Below are positions 10,894 to 19,702 of a stretch of 64,000 nt of DNA, one piece after another. The stretch lies in the NCBI GenBank assembly GCA_965198115.1, contig OZ240241.1, forward strand, positions 5,600,001-5,664,000. Direction: 5' to 3'. The stretch is from Candidatus Latescibacterota bacterium. GTDB taxonomy: Bacteria > Latescibacterota > UBA2968. A program made the position numbers and the translations under genes. The notes beneath the pieces were generated by a model. It had not been told where the DNA came from. It worked only from the letters and a program-made list of their open reading frames with translations, and ran no database searches. The stretch's first letter is position 1. Each line of letters starts with the position of its first letter.

Positions 10894-12665
10894 GACGATG
10901 GATCTTCACCAAAAGCCCCGTTTCGCGCCCCGAAGACGTTTCCCGGATCGACGGCGCGCTTGGTTTCGCGCAACATCCGCAGCCCGGCCTCCGTCTGGAC
11001 CTGCGGAAGAAACCCCTTCCGGATCTTGCCGACCCCGTGGTGATGGGACAGAGACCCTCCACGATCCATGATCGCCTGGCGTAGCGCGTGTTCGATCCGG
11101 TGATATACGTCGGCCGGGTCATCCAGGCCGCGCCCGCTGAACGCCAGAGTGAAGTAAATGCACACACCCGTGTGGTAGGTCTGGGTCACGCGATACGTCA
11201 GATACGGCCGGCCTTCCACATCGTGTGCAGCGAGCTGGCGGTCGAGCTCCTCCCGCACGCCGTCGCACACCTCGTGAATGCGATCCCACGGAACGGACGT
11301 CTCGAACGTCTCGCCCAGAATCCCGAACTGCGTCACGAAATCCCGGATATACGCGATCCCGAACGTCAGCGAATACCCACGTTTTCCGTTGCTCGCCCCC
11401 GCGCTCAACCCCCCGAACCGTTTGGCCAGACCGAAAATGACCTTCTCCTGCGTGCGTACCTCTTCGCGGGTGCCCTCCATCACGATCGTACAGCCGACCA
11501 TCTTGTCCGCGTCGAACTTCTTCACCTTGAACAGCGCGAAGTTCTGAATCTTCGACTTGAGCTTCTCTCCGCCCTCGGGCGCGGGCTTGAGCGCCTGACC
11601 CATTCGGAGTTCGAGATTGTTCACGAGCCGGATGCTGGCCGGAAGCGTCCCCGTGCGCCGAAGCGCCTTCAGGAAGTCGACGCCCTGAGCGAAGTCGGCA
11701 AACAGCAAGGCACCATACTCACGCGCCTCGGGCAACGGGTGGATCTTCATCATCGCCTTCGTGATGATCCCGTAGTTCCCTTCGCTCCCGAAGAGCAGGC
11801 TGCGCGGCTGAACACCCGTGGAATTGCGCGGCGTCACCGAACGGGTTTCCACGTCGCCACCGGGTGTCAGGAGCGTCGCCTCCAGAACGATGTCTTCGAT
11901 GTTCCCATACCGGTTCTTTTTCATGCCGCTCGCATTCGTGGAAATCCATCCTCCCAGCGTCGAAAACTCGATGCTGTCCGGATCGTGTCCGGTCGTGTAT
12001 CCCTTCTCTCCCAGGTCGAGTTCCATCTGCTTACCCGAGATGCCCGCTTCGATGCACGCCAGTTGGTTAGCTTCGTCGATCCACAGAATGCGATTCATCC
12101 GGCGCACATCCACCGAAGCGATCAATCGGGTCTCGTCCGGTGGGCAGGCCAGGGCGCCGCTCACGTTCGTCCCACCACCGAATGGAATCAGACAGACGTC
12201 GTGCTCGGACGCCAGTTCGACCACGCGTCTCACATCCTCCTCGTGAAGCGGGTAAATCACCACATCCACGACCCGGTCCAGCTTGCCGCCATTCAGCAAC
12301 CTGAAGATCTCGTCCACACTCAGCTGACCGTGGCTGTGACTCAGTCGGGCCTTCGCGTCCTGACTCACCTGATCGTCCGAAAGCGCTTCTCGCACGCCGC
12401 TGACGAACGCCTCGTTGGCCACCGGATCGGGGAGCGAGTAGTCGACTTCCTCATCAGCCAGGTGGTCTTCGGTGAACGGCACCTTCAGGACACCCTCCAC
12501 GAACGGAATCAGATAGGGCATACTGAACCCCGAGATCGGGTAGCGGTCCCCCGTCACTCGAACGCTCTGGGGTCCATCGAATTCGAACCGTGTGTCGGTA
12601 TATCCCCACTTGTGCAGATACCGCTCCCCCTCGCGAGGGTCGTAGTAGGTTTCGAGCTCCTTCAC
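10890..12665 (-). CDS. agps: Alkyldihydroxyacetonephosphate synthase (FAD-linked, VAO family)
   Basis: True start is GTG 12665, overlapping the upstream TGA. Motifs PFGGGTNV, GHDPDSIEFSTLGGWISTNASGMKKNRYGNIED, FGSEG, RVTQTY..GVCIYF and GGSLSHHHGVGK are characteristic of AGPS. Confidence 0.92.
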   Translation of the reverse strand: MKELETYYDPREGERYLHKWGYTDTRFEFDGPQSVRVTGDRYPISGFSMPYLIPFVEGVLKVPFTEDHLADEEVDYSLPDPVANEAFVSGVREALSDDQVSQDAKARLSHSHGQLSVDEIFRLLNGGKLDRVVDVVIYPLHEEDVRRVVELASEHDVCLIPFGGGTNVSGALACPPDETRLIASVDVRRMNRILWIDEANQLACIEAGISGKQMELDLGEKGYTTGHDPDSIEFSTLGGWISTNASGMKKNRYGNIEDIVLEATLLTPGGDVETRSVTPRNSTGVQPRSLLFGSEGNYGIITKAMMKIHPLPEAREYGALLFADFAQGVDFLKALRRTGTLPASIRLVNNLELRMGQALKPAPEGGEKLKSKIQNFALFKVKKFDADKMVGCTIVMEGTREEVRTQEKVIFGLAKRFGGLSAGASNGKRGYSLTFGIAYIRDFVTQFGILGETFETSVPWDRIHEVCDGVREELDRQLAAHDVEGRPYLTYRVTQTYHTGVCIYFTLAFSGRGLDDPADVYHRIEHALRQAIMDRGGSLSHHHGVGKIRKGFLPQVQTEAGLRMLRETKRAVDPGNVFGARNGAFGEDPSS

Positions 12666-14611
12666 GCTGGCGTCCCTCCCGATCCCGAGTCGAACAAAGT
12701 CGTGATGTGGACGGCCTGCAGCAGGGCGGCCGCTTCGGCCTGCACACGTAGCGATCGACGTCTGGGCAAAAGGGTCGTCTCTCCCACGATCGGGGGCGAA
12801 ACGTAAACCTCGACTTTGCCCGGGCTCAAATCCGTGTTGCCCATCGGGCACCGCGGCCAGAGCGCATAGATGCCTCGGTAAGCAAAGGGCACGATGATTG
12901 CGTCCTGTGGGATCAGGGCAAACATTCCGTGTTGGAGCGGAAGACTCTGCAGCCCGAAAGCCGACGTCGTGCCCATCGCGTAGATCACGCCCGGCCGCGA
13001 CCGCATGGCCGTCGTCATCTCCCGTGTCGTATGGCGACCAAGTCCGGTTCGATCGAGCATCACGTAGCCGTCTACTTCCTTCTGGTAGCGATCGAACGTC
13101 TCGGTCGACATCCCGAACATGTTGACCGACCGGCCTCCCAACCGAATCCCCGGAATCAGTCCCGTCTTCGATAAGATCGAACACGGCCGTGAATGCTCCC
13201 AACCCATCGCCGATAGCAGGGCCGGGTGTTGGAGAACGTGATAGAAAACCAGATGGTCGAGCAGATTGCGGTGGGTGGGAGAAAACAGGATGGGTACCCC
13301 GTCGGGGCCGAGGTCCAGATGCCGCGCAACGCGTTCGAATGAAGGGTCGACGGTCACATCGACGTGAATACCCAGCGTCTCGAGCGCGTCGTTGGCGTAG
13401 TCGATCCAATACGCCCACGCGCGTGCGTGACGCGTCTGAAGATCCGGATCCGCTTCCTCGGCCAGTTTCTTCTTGACCCGACCGTAGCGGAGCGACCGCC
13501 AGACCCACGCCCCCAGACGACGCTTACTCGTCCGCGATCGATCTTGATGTTTTCCGACGTGCGCGTATTCCGTGAACGCCCCCTGTGCCCGGTTCGTGAT
13601 GAGCGGGGGGACGGGAATCCTTTTCTCATCCGGCAGATACCGATCGATCAATCGGTTGACCGTCCGGGCGAGTCGCACACTGCCGTCGATCATTTCGCGC
13701 GTCAAATAGCTGTACTCCGACCCATACCAGTAGTTCTGAGGCTTGATACGGCTCGGGTCCTCCTGGTGAGCCTGGACCCACTCGATCATCACCGCCCGAG
13801 CCCGCGGAAAGGCGGTTCGGATCTTTCGAACCAGGATACGCGCCTTTCCCCGATCCTCGAGTCTGGCGAGCTGCAACTCGGCTTCCAAAAATACACGCCA
13901 GACACAGCACCCGAACCACGAGAAGTTGGTGTAGACGTTATAACGTGTCGCCACGAGGCCGCCGGCGGCCACGTAGTCCAACGTCGCACCAGCCACCTGC
14001 GTAAGGGCCTCGCGCAGCGTATGTTCCTCTCTCCCGATCCTGAATCGCAGGTCCCAGATTGGCTCTTCGACCGTGGCCACCACCGCCAGGGCTTCGGCAA
14101 CGGCCTGCGCGTGTGACAGAGGGACGTGTGTGACACCGACACCACTGAGCGCTGCCTCTCCTACGTCGGGTGAAAACAGGTCACCTTTGGCCAACGCTTC
14201 CAGGTAGAGGGACTGATACATCTCGAGCAGCGTGGCCGCCGACCCGTGCCCACCTGACTCGAACTGGTCCTTGACCTGGAGGTAGAGCTCGGACCCTACG
14301 TAGTAGGCGTCCGCGAGACGATCGAAGTTCACCTGTGCTTCGCGTAGACGTTCCTCACGGCGTCCGGGCACTCCGCTTTCGAGAGCCTGAACCAACCGAA
14401 CGCGTCGTTCGAGCTGAAGCACCGGTAGTGGGCTCCCGTCAGCAGGGGTCGCCGGCCATCGAATATCGTCGTCGTCCCACCCTTCGTAATGGCCTTCCCG
14501 CCGACCCACCTCGAGGAAGGCCTGCGCGTGTTCATCGTATGTCCGAATGAGCGCTGCAGGATCGTCGAGCAGTCGTTCGTGGAGAGGACGTGAGTCCGGA
14601 TCGGGCGACAT
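12662..14611 (-). CDS. Protein with a ~400-aa unknown N-terminal domain and a C-terminal PlsC/LPLAT-type acyltransferase domain
   Basis: ILFSPTHRNLLDH (HX4D), GVIYAMGT at the block III position, IVPFAY at block IV; RBS GGAGGAAG. Confidence 0.7.
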   Translation of the reverse strand: MSPDPDSRPLHERLLDDPAALIRTYDEHAQAFLEVGRREGHYEGWDDDDIRWPATPADGSPLPVLQLERRVRLVQALESGVPGRREERLREAQVNFDRLADAYYVGSELYLQVKDQFESGGHGSAATLLEMYQSLYLEALAKGDLFSPDVGEAALSGVGVTHVPLSHAQAVAEALAVVATVEEPIWDLRFRIGREEHTLREALTQVAGATLDYVAAGGLVATRYNVYTNFSWFGCCVWRVFLEAELQLARLEDRGKARILVRKIRTAFPRARAVMIEWVQAHQEDPSRIKPQNYWYGSEYSYLTREMIDGSVRLARTVNRLIDRYLPDEKRIPVPPLITNRAQGAFTEYAHVGKHQDRSRTSKRRLGAWVWRSLRYGRVKKKLAEEADPDLQTRHARAWAYWIDYANDALETLGIHVDVTVDPSFERVARHLDLGPDGVPILFSPTHRNLLDHLVFYHVLQHPALLSAMGWEHSRPCSILSKTGLIPGIRLGGRSVNMFGMSTETFDRYQKEVDGYVMLDRTGLGRHTTREMTTAMRSRPGVIYAMGTTSAFGLQSLPLQHGMFALIPQDAIIVPFAYRGIYALWPRCPMGNTDLSPGKVEVYVSPPIVGETTLLPRRRSLRVQAEAAALLQAVHITTLFDSGSGGTPA

Positions 14612-14632
14612 CGATTCTTCCTCCGGACGCGA

Positions 14633-16273
14633 TCAGGACCGGGGCTCGACGGCCTCGGCTTCGGCGTTCCCATACTTCAGCACGTGACGGCGGAGTCCGG
14701 GAATGTGAATTTCCTGCACGTACTCACGCCAGTCGATCCGGCTCACGTCTGTGTTGAAGCGGTGTTTGTCATCATCCGCGAGCTGGTCGAACACACGCTG
14801 AATGTTGCCCGTTTCGAACAGACAGTTCAGCGTGATGTAAGGGCCGTAGATCTCGCTCAGTGAAACCACACGTTCGACGGTAGCCTCCAGGCGAGAGAGC
14901 TTTCGGCTCCAGCGGTTGATTCTGTGCGTGGCCGGGAGATGATCGAGCATCCATCGACCGAGTGCGAGCGGCAGCTGGTAGCGAAGCTTGAGGCCCCGGC
15001 GAAACGCGCCCTGGCTCGGAAATCGCCAGCGTTGCACCGGAATCGCCCTGCCGTCGCGGTCGATTTCCGGGTTGTCCCTGAAGTATTCGTACACGTAGTC
15101 GAACATCGTCCCCAGGTGGATTGGGTTCCGGGATCCAGTCGCGACGTGATAGATCTTCACGTCCTCCTCCTCGTGCAGGTGGGGCAAAATGGACAACGTC
15201 GCGTTGGCCACCACATCCACGGGGATCACGTCCAGTACGACGTCCGGATCAGCGGGAAAATCGGCGAGGCGCCCCTTGCTGAAGTGGGCAATAAGCGGAT
15301 CGGCAACCTTTAGACCGTCGAGCCATCCGGGCTCAGGGTCACGAAGACTACTCTCGATGATCGAGGGCCTCACGATCGCCGTCGGCACGTTTCCTCGCTC
15401 GCGTACGATCAGTTGCTCGCCCATCGCTTTCGTCATCGTGTAGCTGTCGTGCCAGCCGTGACGCCGCCCACGACGGGTCCCCTCGTCGACGAGCTGTTTC
15501 CAGATCCAGCGCTGCTTCAGGGCCTCGATCTGGTGGCCCAACCGATGCGGTGTGACTCGCTTTCCGCGGTTCTGCCGGGCGAGGATCCGTTCGAACACGA
15601 CGCGTTGCTCCGAGGACTCGGCCTCCTCACGGACCGAGCGACCGACGGCACGTATCGCCTCGATCTCTTCATTCAGGTCGTAGGTCGGAGCCCGCCCGTC
15701 GAAAAGACGTTTTGCGATCGTTTCATTCGGAGTGAAAGGTCGTTCTGGAATCTCACCGGTCATCTGGCCGTTGACGTAGGCCGTCGAAAGGTAGACGAAC
15801 ACCGCGTCGTTGCAGCTCTTTGCGAAGCTCAAGACCCTCCCCGCTCCGAGCGTGTTCTGTTCGAGCGCCAGGTCGATCGGTTCGTCGAAGACCACCGTCG
15901 CTGCGCTGCTGATGACCACATCGACCTCTCCGCGCAGCGCGTCGACGACCGACGGGTCCATCCCCAGGTTCTCGTAGGTGAGCCCCTTCCACTCGATGGC
16001 GTGCAGTTTCTCACTGACCCGACTCGAGAATTCGTCCTGCCACAGCCGGCGAAGACCGTCGAACGCACTCGATTCGATCACCTCTTTCTGGACGCGTTCC
16101 TGAACCGAAATCACGACGCCGTTCGACAGTCGCCGAGGACGGGTGGGCAGGTAGATGCGTCTCACGTCGGGCGCGTGGCGAAGGATCTGGACGATCACCC
16201 CTTTGGCCACGAAACCGGTCGTGCCGGTAACGAACAGGGTCTTGTCGAGAAGAAATTCGGTGATCTTTTGCAT
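14633..16273 (-). CDS. Alcohol-forming fatty acyl-CoA/ACP reductase (NAD_binding_4 plus Sterile domain)
   Basis: TGTTGFVAK, SAATVVFDE, LSTAYV, YTMTK (YxxxK), IVRPSII, EPGW, DVIPVD; C-terminal IDW.EY...HIPGLRRHVLK. Confidence 0.92.
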   Translation of the reverse strand: MQKITEFLLDKTLFVTGTTGFVAKGVIVQILRHAPDVRRIYLPTRPRRLSNGVVISVQERVQKEVIESSAFDGLRRLWQDEFSSRVSEKLHAIEWKGLTYENLGMDPSVVDALRGEVDVVISSAATVVFDEPIDLALEQNTLGAGRVLSFAKSCNDAVFVYLSTAYVNGQMTGEIPERPFTPNETIAKRLFDGRAPTYDLNEEIEAIRAVGRSVREEAESSEQRVVFERILARQNRGKRVTPHRLGHQIEALKQRWIWKQLVDEGTRRGRRHGWHDSYTMTKAMGEQLIVRERGNVPTAIVRPSIIESSLRDPEPGWLDGLKVADPLIAHFSKGRLADFPADPDVVLDVIPVDVVANATLSILPHLHEEEDVKIYHVATGSRNPIHLGTMFDYVYEYFRDNPEIDRDGRAIPVQRWRFPSQGAFRRGLKLRYQLPLALGRWMLDHLPATHRINRWSRKLSRLEATVERVVSLSEIYGPYITLNCLFETGNIQRVFDQLADDDKHRFNTDVSRIDWREYVQEIHIPGLRRHVLKYGNAEAEAVEPRS

Positions 16274-16530
16274 GGAGTCGGGAACGGAGGGGGCGGAGAC
16301 CCTTGGGAAGGGAGCCCGGAACGGAAGCGTTGAAAATTAAGGCACCCCACGACGGGGGTGTCAACCGATTTCTCATTTTGTCAGAGCCCAGGGCCTTTGG
16401 GGACTTTCGTATTGACACAAAATAGGGCAACTTTTAACTTCTTCATCTTCAGTCTGATACGACCACCGCCCGCTCGCACGCACCGCTCGAGCGGGCGTCT
16501 CAACTCTACCGCAGGAGGGGTGGAGATCCT

Positions 16531-16929
16531 ATGGACCGAACACTCATGATCATCAAGCCCGACGCCGTCCAGAAAAACGCGATCGGGGACATCATCAAAA
16601 GGGTCGAAGAGAAGGGTTTCGTCGTACGCGACATCAGGATGCTCACGCAAACCCCCGAACAGGCGGGTGAGTTCTACGAAGTCCATAGGGAGCGTCCGTT
16701 CTACGGCGATCTGGTCGACTTCATGACCTCGGGGCCGTGCGTGCCGATGGTCCTGGAACGCGACGACGCGGTCCCCTTCCTTCGCGAAGTGGTCGGTTCG
16801 ACCAACCCCGAAGAGGCCGCAAGCGGCACGATCAGGAAGGCGCACGGCGGCAACGTGCAGAACAACGCCGTCCACGCGTCCGACTCCCCCGAAAATGCCG
16901 CCACAGAGATCGCCTTTTATTTCGGGTAA
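16531..16929 (+). CDS. ndk: Nucleoside diphosphate kinase
   Basis: RTLMIIKPDA...FMTSGP...GTIR...NAVHASDS. Confidence 0.97.
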   Translation: MDRTLMIIKPDAVQKNAIGDIIKRVEEKGFVVRDIRMLTQTPEQAGEFYEVHRERPFYGDLVDFMTSGPCVPMVLERDDAVPFLREVVGSTNPEEAASGTIRKAHGGNVQNNAVHASDSPENAATEIAFYFG

Positions 16930-16933
16930 CCCC

Positions 16934-17452
16934 TTGAGTACGCTGATCATCGACCTTAAAGAGCTCGAAGAGGGTGAATCCACTTTCACGTGGGAGAGCA
17001 CGCCCGCAGACCTCGATCTGGCCGAGGCCGAGGTCGGGTTCGTGGGACCGATACAGACGGTCGCGCGTGTTCACAAGTTGGCCGATACGCTCTCTGCAGA
17101 GGGAGAGGCTCGGTATACGGTCGGCGCGAGTTGCGCCCGGTGTGACGAACCCATCCAGCTTCCGTTCGACACGAGCTTTCATTTCGTCTTTCAAAAAGGC
17201 AAGCCGCGGGGTGTGGAGGGCGACGAGGACGAGACCCTCATCTGGCTGGACGATGAATCGGATGAGGTCGATCTCGGAAACGAAGTTCGGGACTACGTGT
17301 TGCTCGAGATCCCCATCAACCCCGTGTGCAAGGAATACGAGTCCGGGACCTGCCCGAACCTCATCGAGGTCGAAAAAGCCGAGGCCGAAGCAAGCGATCG
17401 GGGGAAGAGCGACCCGCGCTGGGACGCCCTCAAAGCGCTCAAAAAGTCGTGA
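16934..17452 (+). CDS. yceD: DUF177/YceD family protein
   Basis: CARC motif, DPRWDALKAL C-terminus, position before rpmF; probable TTG start at 16934. Confidence 0.9.
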   Translation: MSTLIIDLKELEEGESTFTWESTPADLDLAEAEVGFVGPIQTVARVHKLADTLSAEGEARYTVGASCARCDEPIQLPFDTSFHFVFQKGKPRGVEGDEDETLIWLDDESDEVDLGNEVRDYVLLEIPINPVCKEYESGTCPNLIEVEKAEAEASDRGKSDPRWDALKALKKS

Positions 17453-17476
17453 GACGATCCTGACCAGGAGGACCCA

Positions 17477-17659
17477 ATGGCCCATCCGAAACGACGTAGT
17501 TCAAACTCTCGAACGGGGAAAAGACGCGCCAACTGGAAACTTCGCGCCGTCAACGCTTCGCCTTGCCCGAACTGCGGTGCCAGTCGACTCTCCCACCGAG
17601 TCTGCGGCAACTGTGGCTACTACAATGGCCGAGAGGTGACCGAAGGCGAGGGGCTGTAG
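17477..17659 (+). CDS. rpmF: 50S ribosomal protein L32 (Zn-ribbon type)
   Basis: MAHPKRR...CPNCG...HRVCGNCGYY; AGGAGG RBS. Confidence 0.97.
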   Translation: MAHPKRRSSNSRTGKRRANWKLRAVNASPCPNCGASRLSHRVCGNCGYYNGREVTEGEGL

Positions 17660-17677
17660 CAACACCCCCTTAGCGGA

Positions 17678-17702
17678 GCCTGCCCTGAGCGCAGTCGAAG
17701 GG
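17678..17702. repeat. REP-like dispersed repeat GCCTGYCCTGAGC..GTCGAAGG
   Basis: Near-identical copy at 30946-30968; both copies are intergenic. Confidence 0.6.
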
Positions 17703-17781
17703 TCTCCCCGACTCTCCCTCCAGTTTCCTTGGCTTCACACGAATTGCCTATATTCTGTCGGAATTTCTGGACAGACCCGCC

Positions 17782-18774
17782 ATGCCAAGACTACACGCCG
17801 CTATTACAGGGGTTGCGACCTACCTCCCCGAGCGCCGGCTGACCAACGCCGACCTCGAGAAGTTGGTCAAAACCTCCGATGAATGGATCCAGTCCCACGT
17901 CGGTATCCGCGAACGGCGCGTGCTCGATGAAGGACTGGGCACCTCGTTCATGGGCACAAAAGCGGTGCAGCACCTCCTCGAAGAGAAGGGCCTCGACCCC
18001 AAAGAAATCGACCTCATCGTCTGCGCGACCATCACGCCCGACATGATTTATCCTGCGACGGCGTGCCTCATCCAGGATGATATCGGAGCAGTCAACGCGT
18101 GGGGGTTCGACCTCGCTGCAGCGTGCGCCGGGTTCGTCTTCGCCCTGATCGTCGGGGCCCAGTTCATCTCGTCGGGCGCCCACAAGAAAGTCGTCGTCGT
18201 CGGTGCCGACAAAATGAGCGCCGTCGTCGACTACACCGACCGGAATACCTGTATTCTATTTGGAGATGGCGCGGGCGCTGTCCTGCTCGAGCCGGCCGAA
18301 GAGGGCTACGGCATCCAGGACTTCATCTTTCACGCCGACGGCAGCGGCCGCGACTGCTTGTGCCAGCCCGGCGGCGGCAGCCTGCATCCGGCGTCTCACG
18401 AAACCGTCGACAAAGGCATGCACTTCGTCCATCAGGAGGGACAGGCCGTCTTCAAGTTTGCCAGCAGTCAGATGGCCGAGGTTTCCGCCCGCATCCTCGA
18501 ACGCAACGGGTTGACCGGAGACGACGTGCAGCTGCTCATCCCTCACCAGGCGAACAAGCGTATCATCGCAGCCTGCGCGCGTCGCATGAAAATGCCCGCC
18601 GACAAGGTCCTCATCAACATCGACAAATACGGCAACACCACGGACGCGACCGTACCCATCGGCATCTGGGAGGCGGTCGACACGAACCGCGTCAGCCGGG
18701 GCGACTACGTCGTGCTCGCCACGGCGGGCGGCGGCTATGCCTGGGGAAGCGCCCTTCTCAAGTGGGCCTATTGA
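17782..18774 (+). CDS. fabH: 3-oxoacyl-ACP synthase III
   Basis: AACAGF, FGDGAGA, PHQAN, YGNT motifs. Confidence 0.97.
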   Translation: MPRLHAAITGVATYLPERRLTNADLEKLVKTSDEWIQSHVGIRERRVLDEGLGTSFMGTKAVQHLLEEKGLDPKEIDLIVCATITPDMIYPATACLIQDDIGAVNAWGFDLAAACAGFVFALIVGAQFISSGAHKKVVVVGADKMSAVVDYTDRNTCILFGDGAGAVLLEPAEEGYGIQDFIFHADGSGRDCLCQPGGGSLHPASHETVDKGMHFVHQEGQAVFKFASSQMAEVSARILERNGLTGDDVQLLIPHQANKRIIAACARRMKMPADKVLINIDKYGNTTDATVPIGIWEAVDTNRVSRGDYVVLATAGGGYAWGSALLKWAY

Positions 18775-18777
18775 CCC

Positions 18778-19701
18778 GTGGCGACCGCTTTTCTCTTCCC
18801 GGGGCAGGCTTCTCAGTACGTGGGCATGGGCAAGGACCTCCACGACGCCGAGGCGGAAGCGAAGACCGTCTTCAATCTGGCCGATCGAACCCTCGACGTT
18901 CCGCTCAAAACGTTCTGCTTCAACGGCCCCGAAGAGTCGCTGCGTCAGACCGCCGTCACCCAACCGGCTGTCTTCGCCCACAGCGTTGCCGCGCTCAGAA
19001 TCCTCGAGCAACACGGGCAAGAGCCCGACTTCGCGGCCGGTCACAGCGTGGGTGAGCTGGCCGCGCTCGTCGCGGCTGGCGCCCTCGACCTGGAAGACGG
19101 CCTGCGACTCGTCGGCGCCCGTGCCCAGGCCATGTCGGCGGCGGGCAAGACACGCCCCGGGGCCATGGCAGCCGTCATCGGGCTCGACGACGACGCGGTC
19201 GTCGCGTTTTGCGAAGAGGCGTCGGCCGATGGTGTCGTCACACCCGCGAACTACAACTGCCCCGGGCAGGTCGCGATTTCGGGTGATGAACGGGCCGTGA
19301 AGAAGGCTATGGTGCTCGCCACCGACCGGGGCGCAAAGCGGGTCGTCGAGCTCGCCATCAGCTGTGCTTTCCACAGCTCGCTCATGGGGCCCGCCGTCGA
19401 TGCGGTCAGGGCCGCACTCGATACCATATCGTTTTCCACGCCCAGGATTCCGGTCGTACCCAACGTGACGGCCGAGCCGACCGAGGACCCTGACAGACTG
19501 AAGCAGCTGCTCGTCGAGCAGGTCATCGCACCCGTTCGTTGGACCCAGAGCATACAGGCCCTGGCTGCCTCGGGTGTCGACGAGGCGATCGAAGTCGGAC
19601 CGGGCAACACCCTGAAAGGGCTCGTTCGCCGCATCGACCGAAACATCGCCGTCAAGACGTGCGGCGTCCTCGACGAAGTCCACGCGCTGGTGGGCGGCTG
19701 A
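18778..19701 (+). CDS. fabD: Malonyl-CoA:ACP transacylase
   Basis: FPGQASQ, TQPA, GHSVGE, AFHS. Confidence 0.97.
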   Translation: MATAFLFPGQASQYVGMGKDLHDAEAEAKTVFNLADRTLDVPLKTFCFNGPEESLRQTAVTQPAVFAHSVAALRILEQHGQEPDFAAGHSVGELAALVAAGALDLEDGLRLVGARAQAMSAAGKTRPGAMAAVIGLDDDAVVAFCEEASADGVVTPANYNCPGQVAISGDERAVKKAMVLATDRGAKRVVELAISCAFHSSLMGPAVDAVRAALDTISFSTPRIPVVPNVTAEPTEDPDRLKQLLVEQVIAPVRWTQSIQALAASGVDEAIEVGPGNTLKGLVRRIDRNIAVKTCGVLDEVHALVGG

Positions 19702-19702
19702 C

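Noticed and set aside
10890-13508. 872-aa ORF suggesting an N-terminally extended or fused AGPS
   Set aside because: The first ~280 aa are low-complexity R/G/S/P text overlapping the acyltransferase in another frame; the real start is GTG 12665, coupled to the upstream stop.
10066-16273. Reading the operon as a wax-ester pathway
   Set aside because: No WS/DGAT HHxxxDG enzyme is present, and AGPS plus the SDR are not needed for wax esters.
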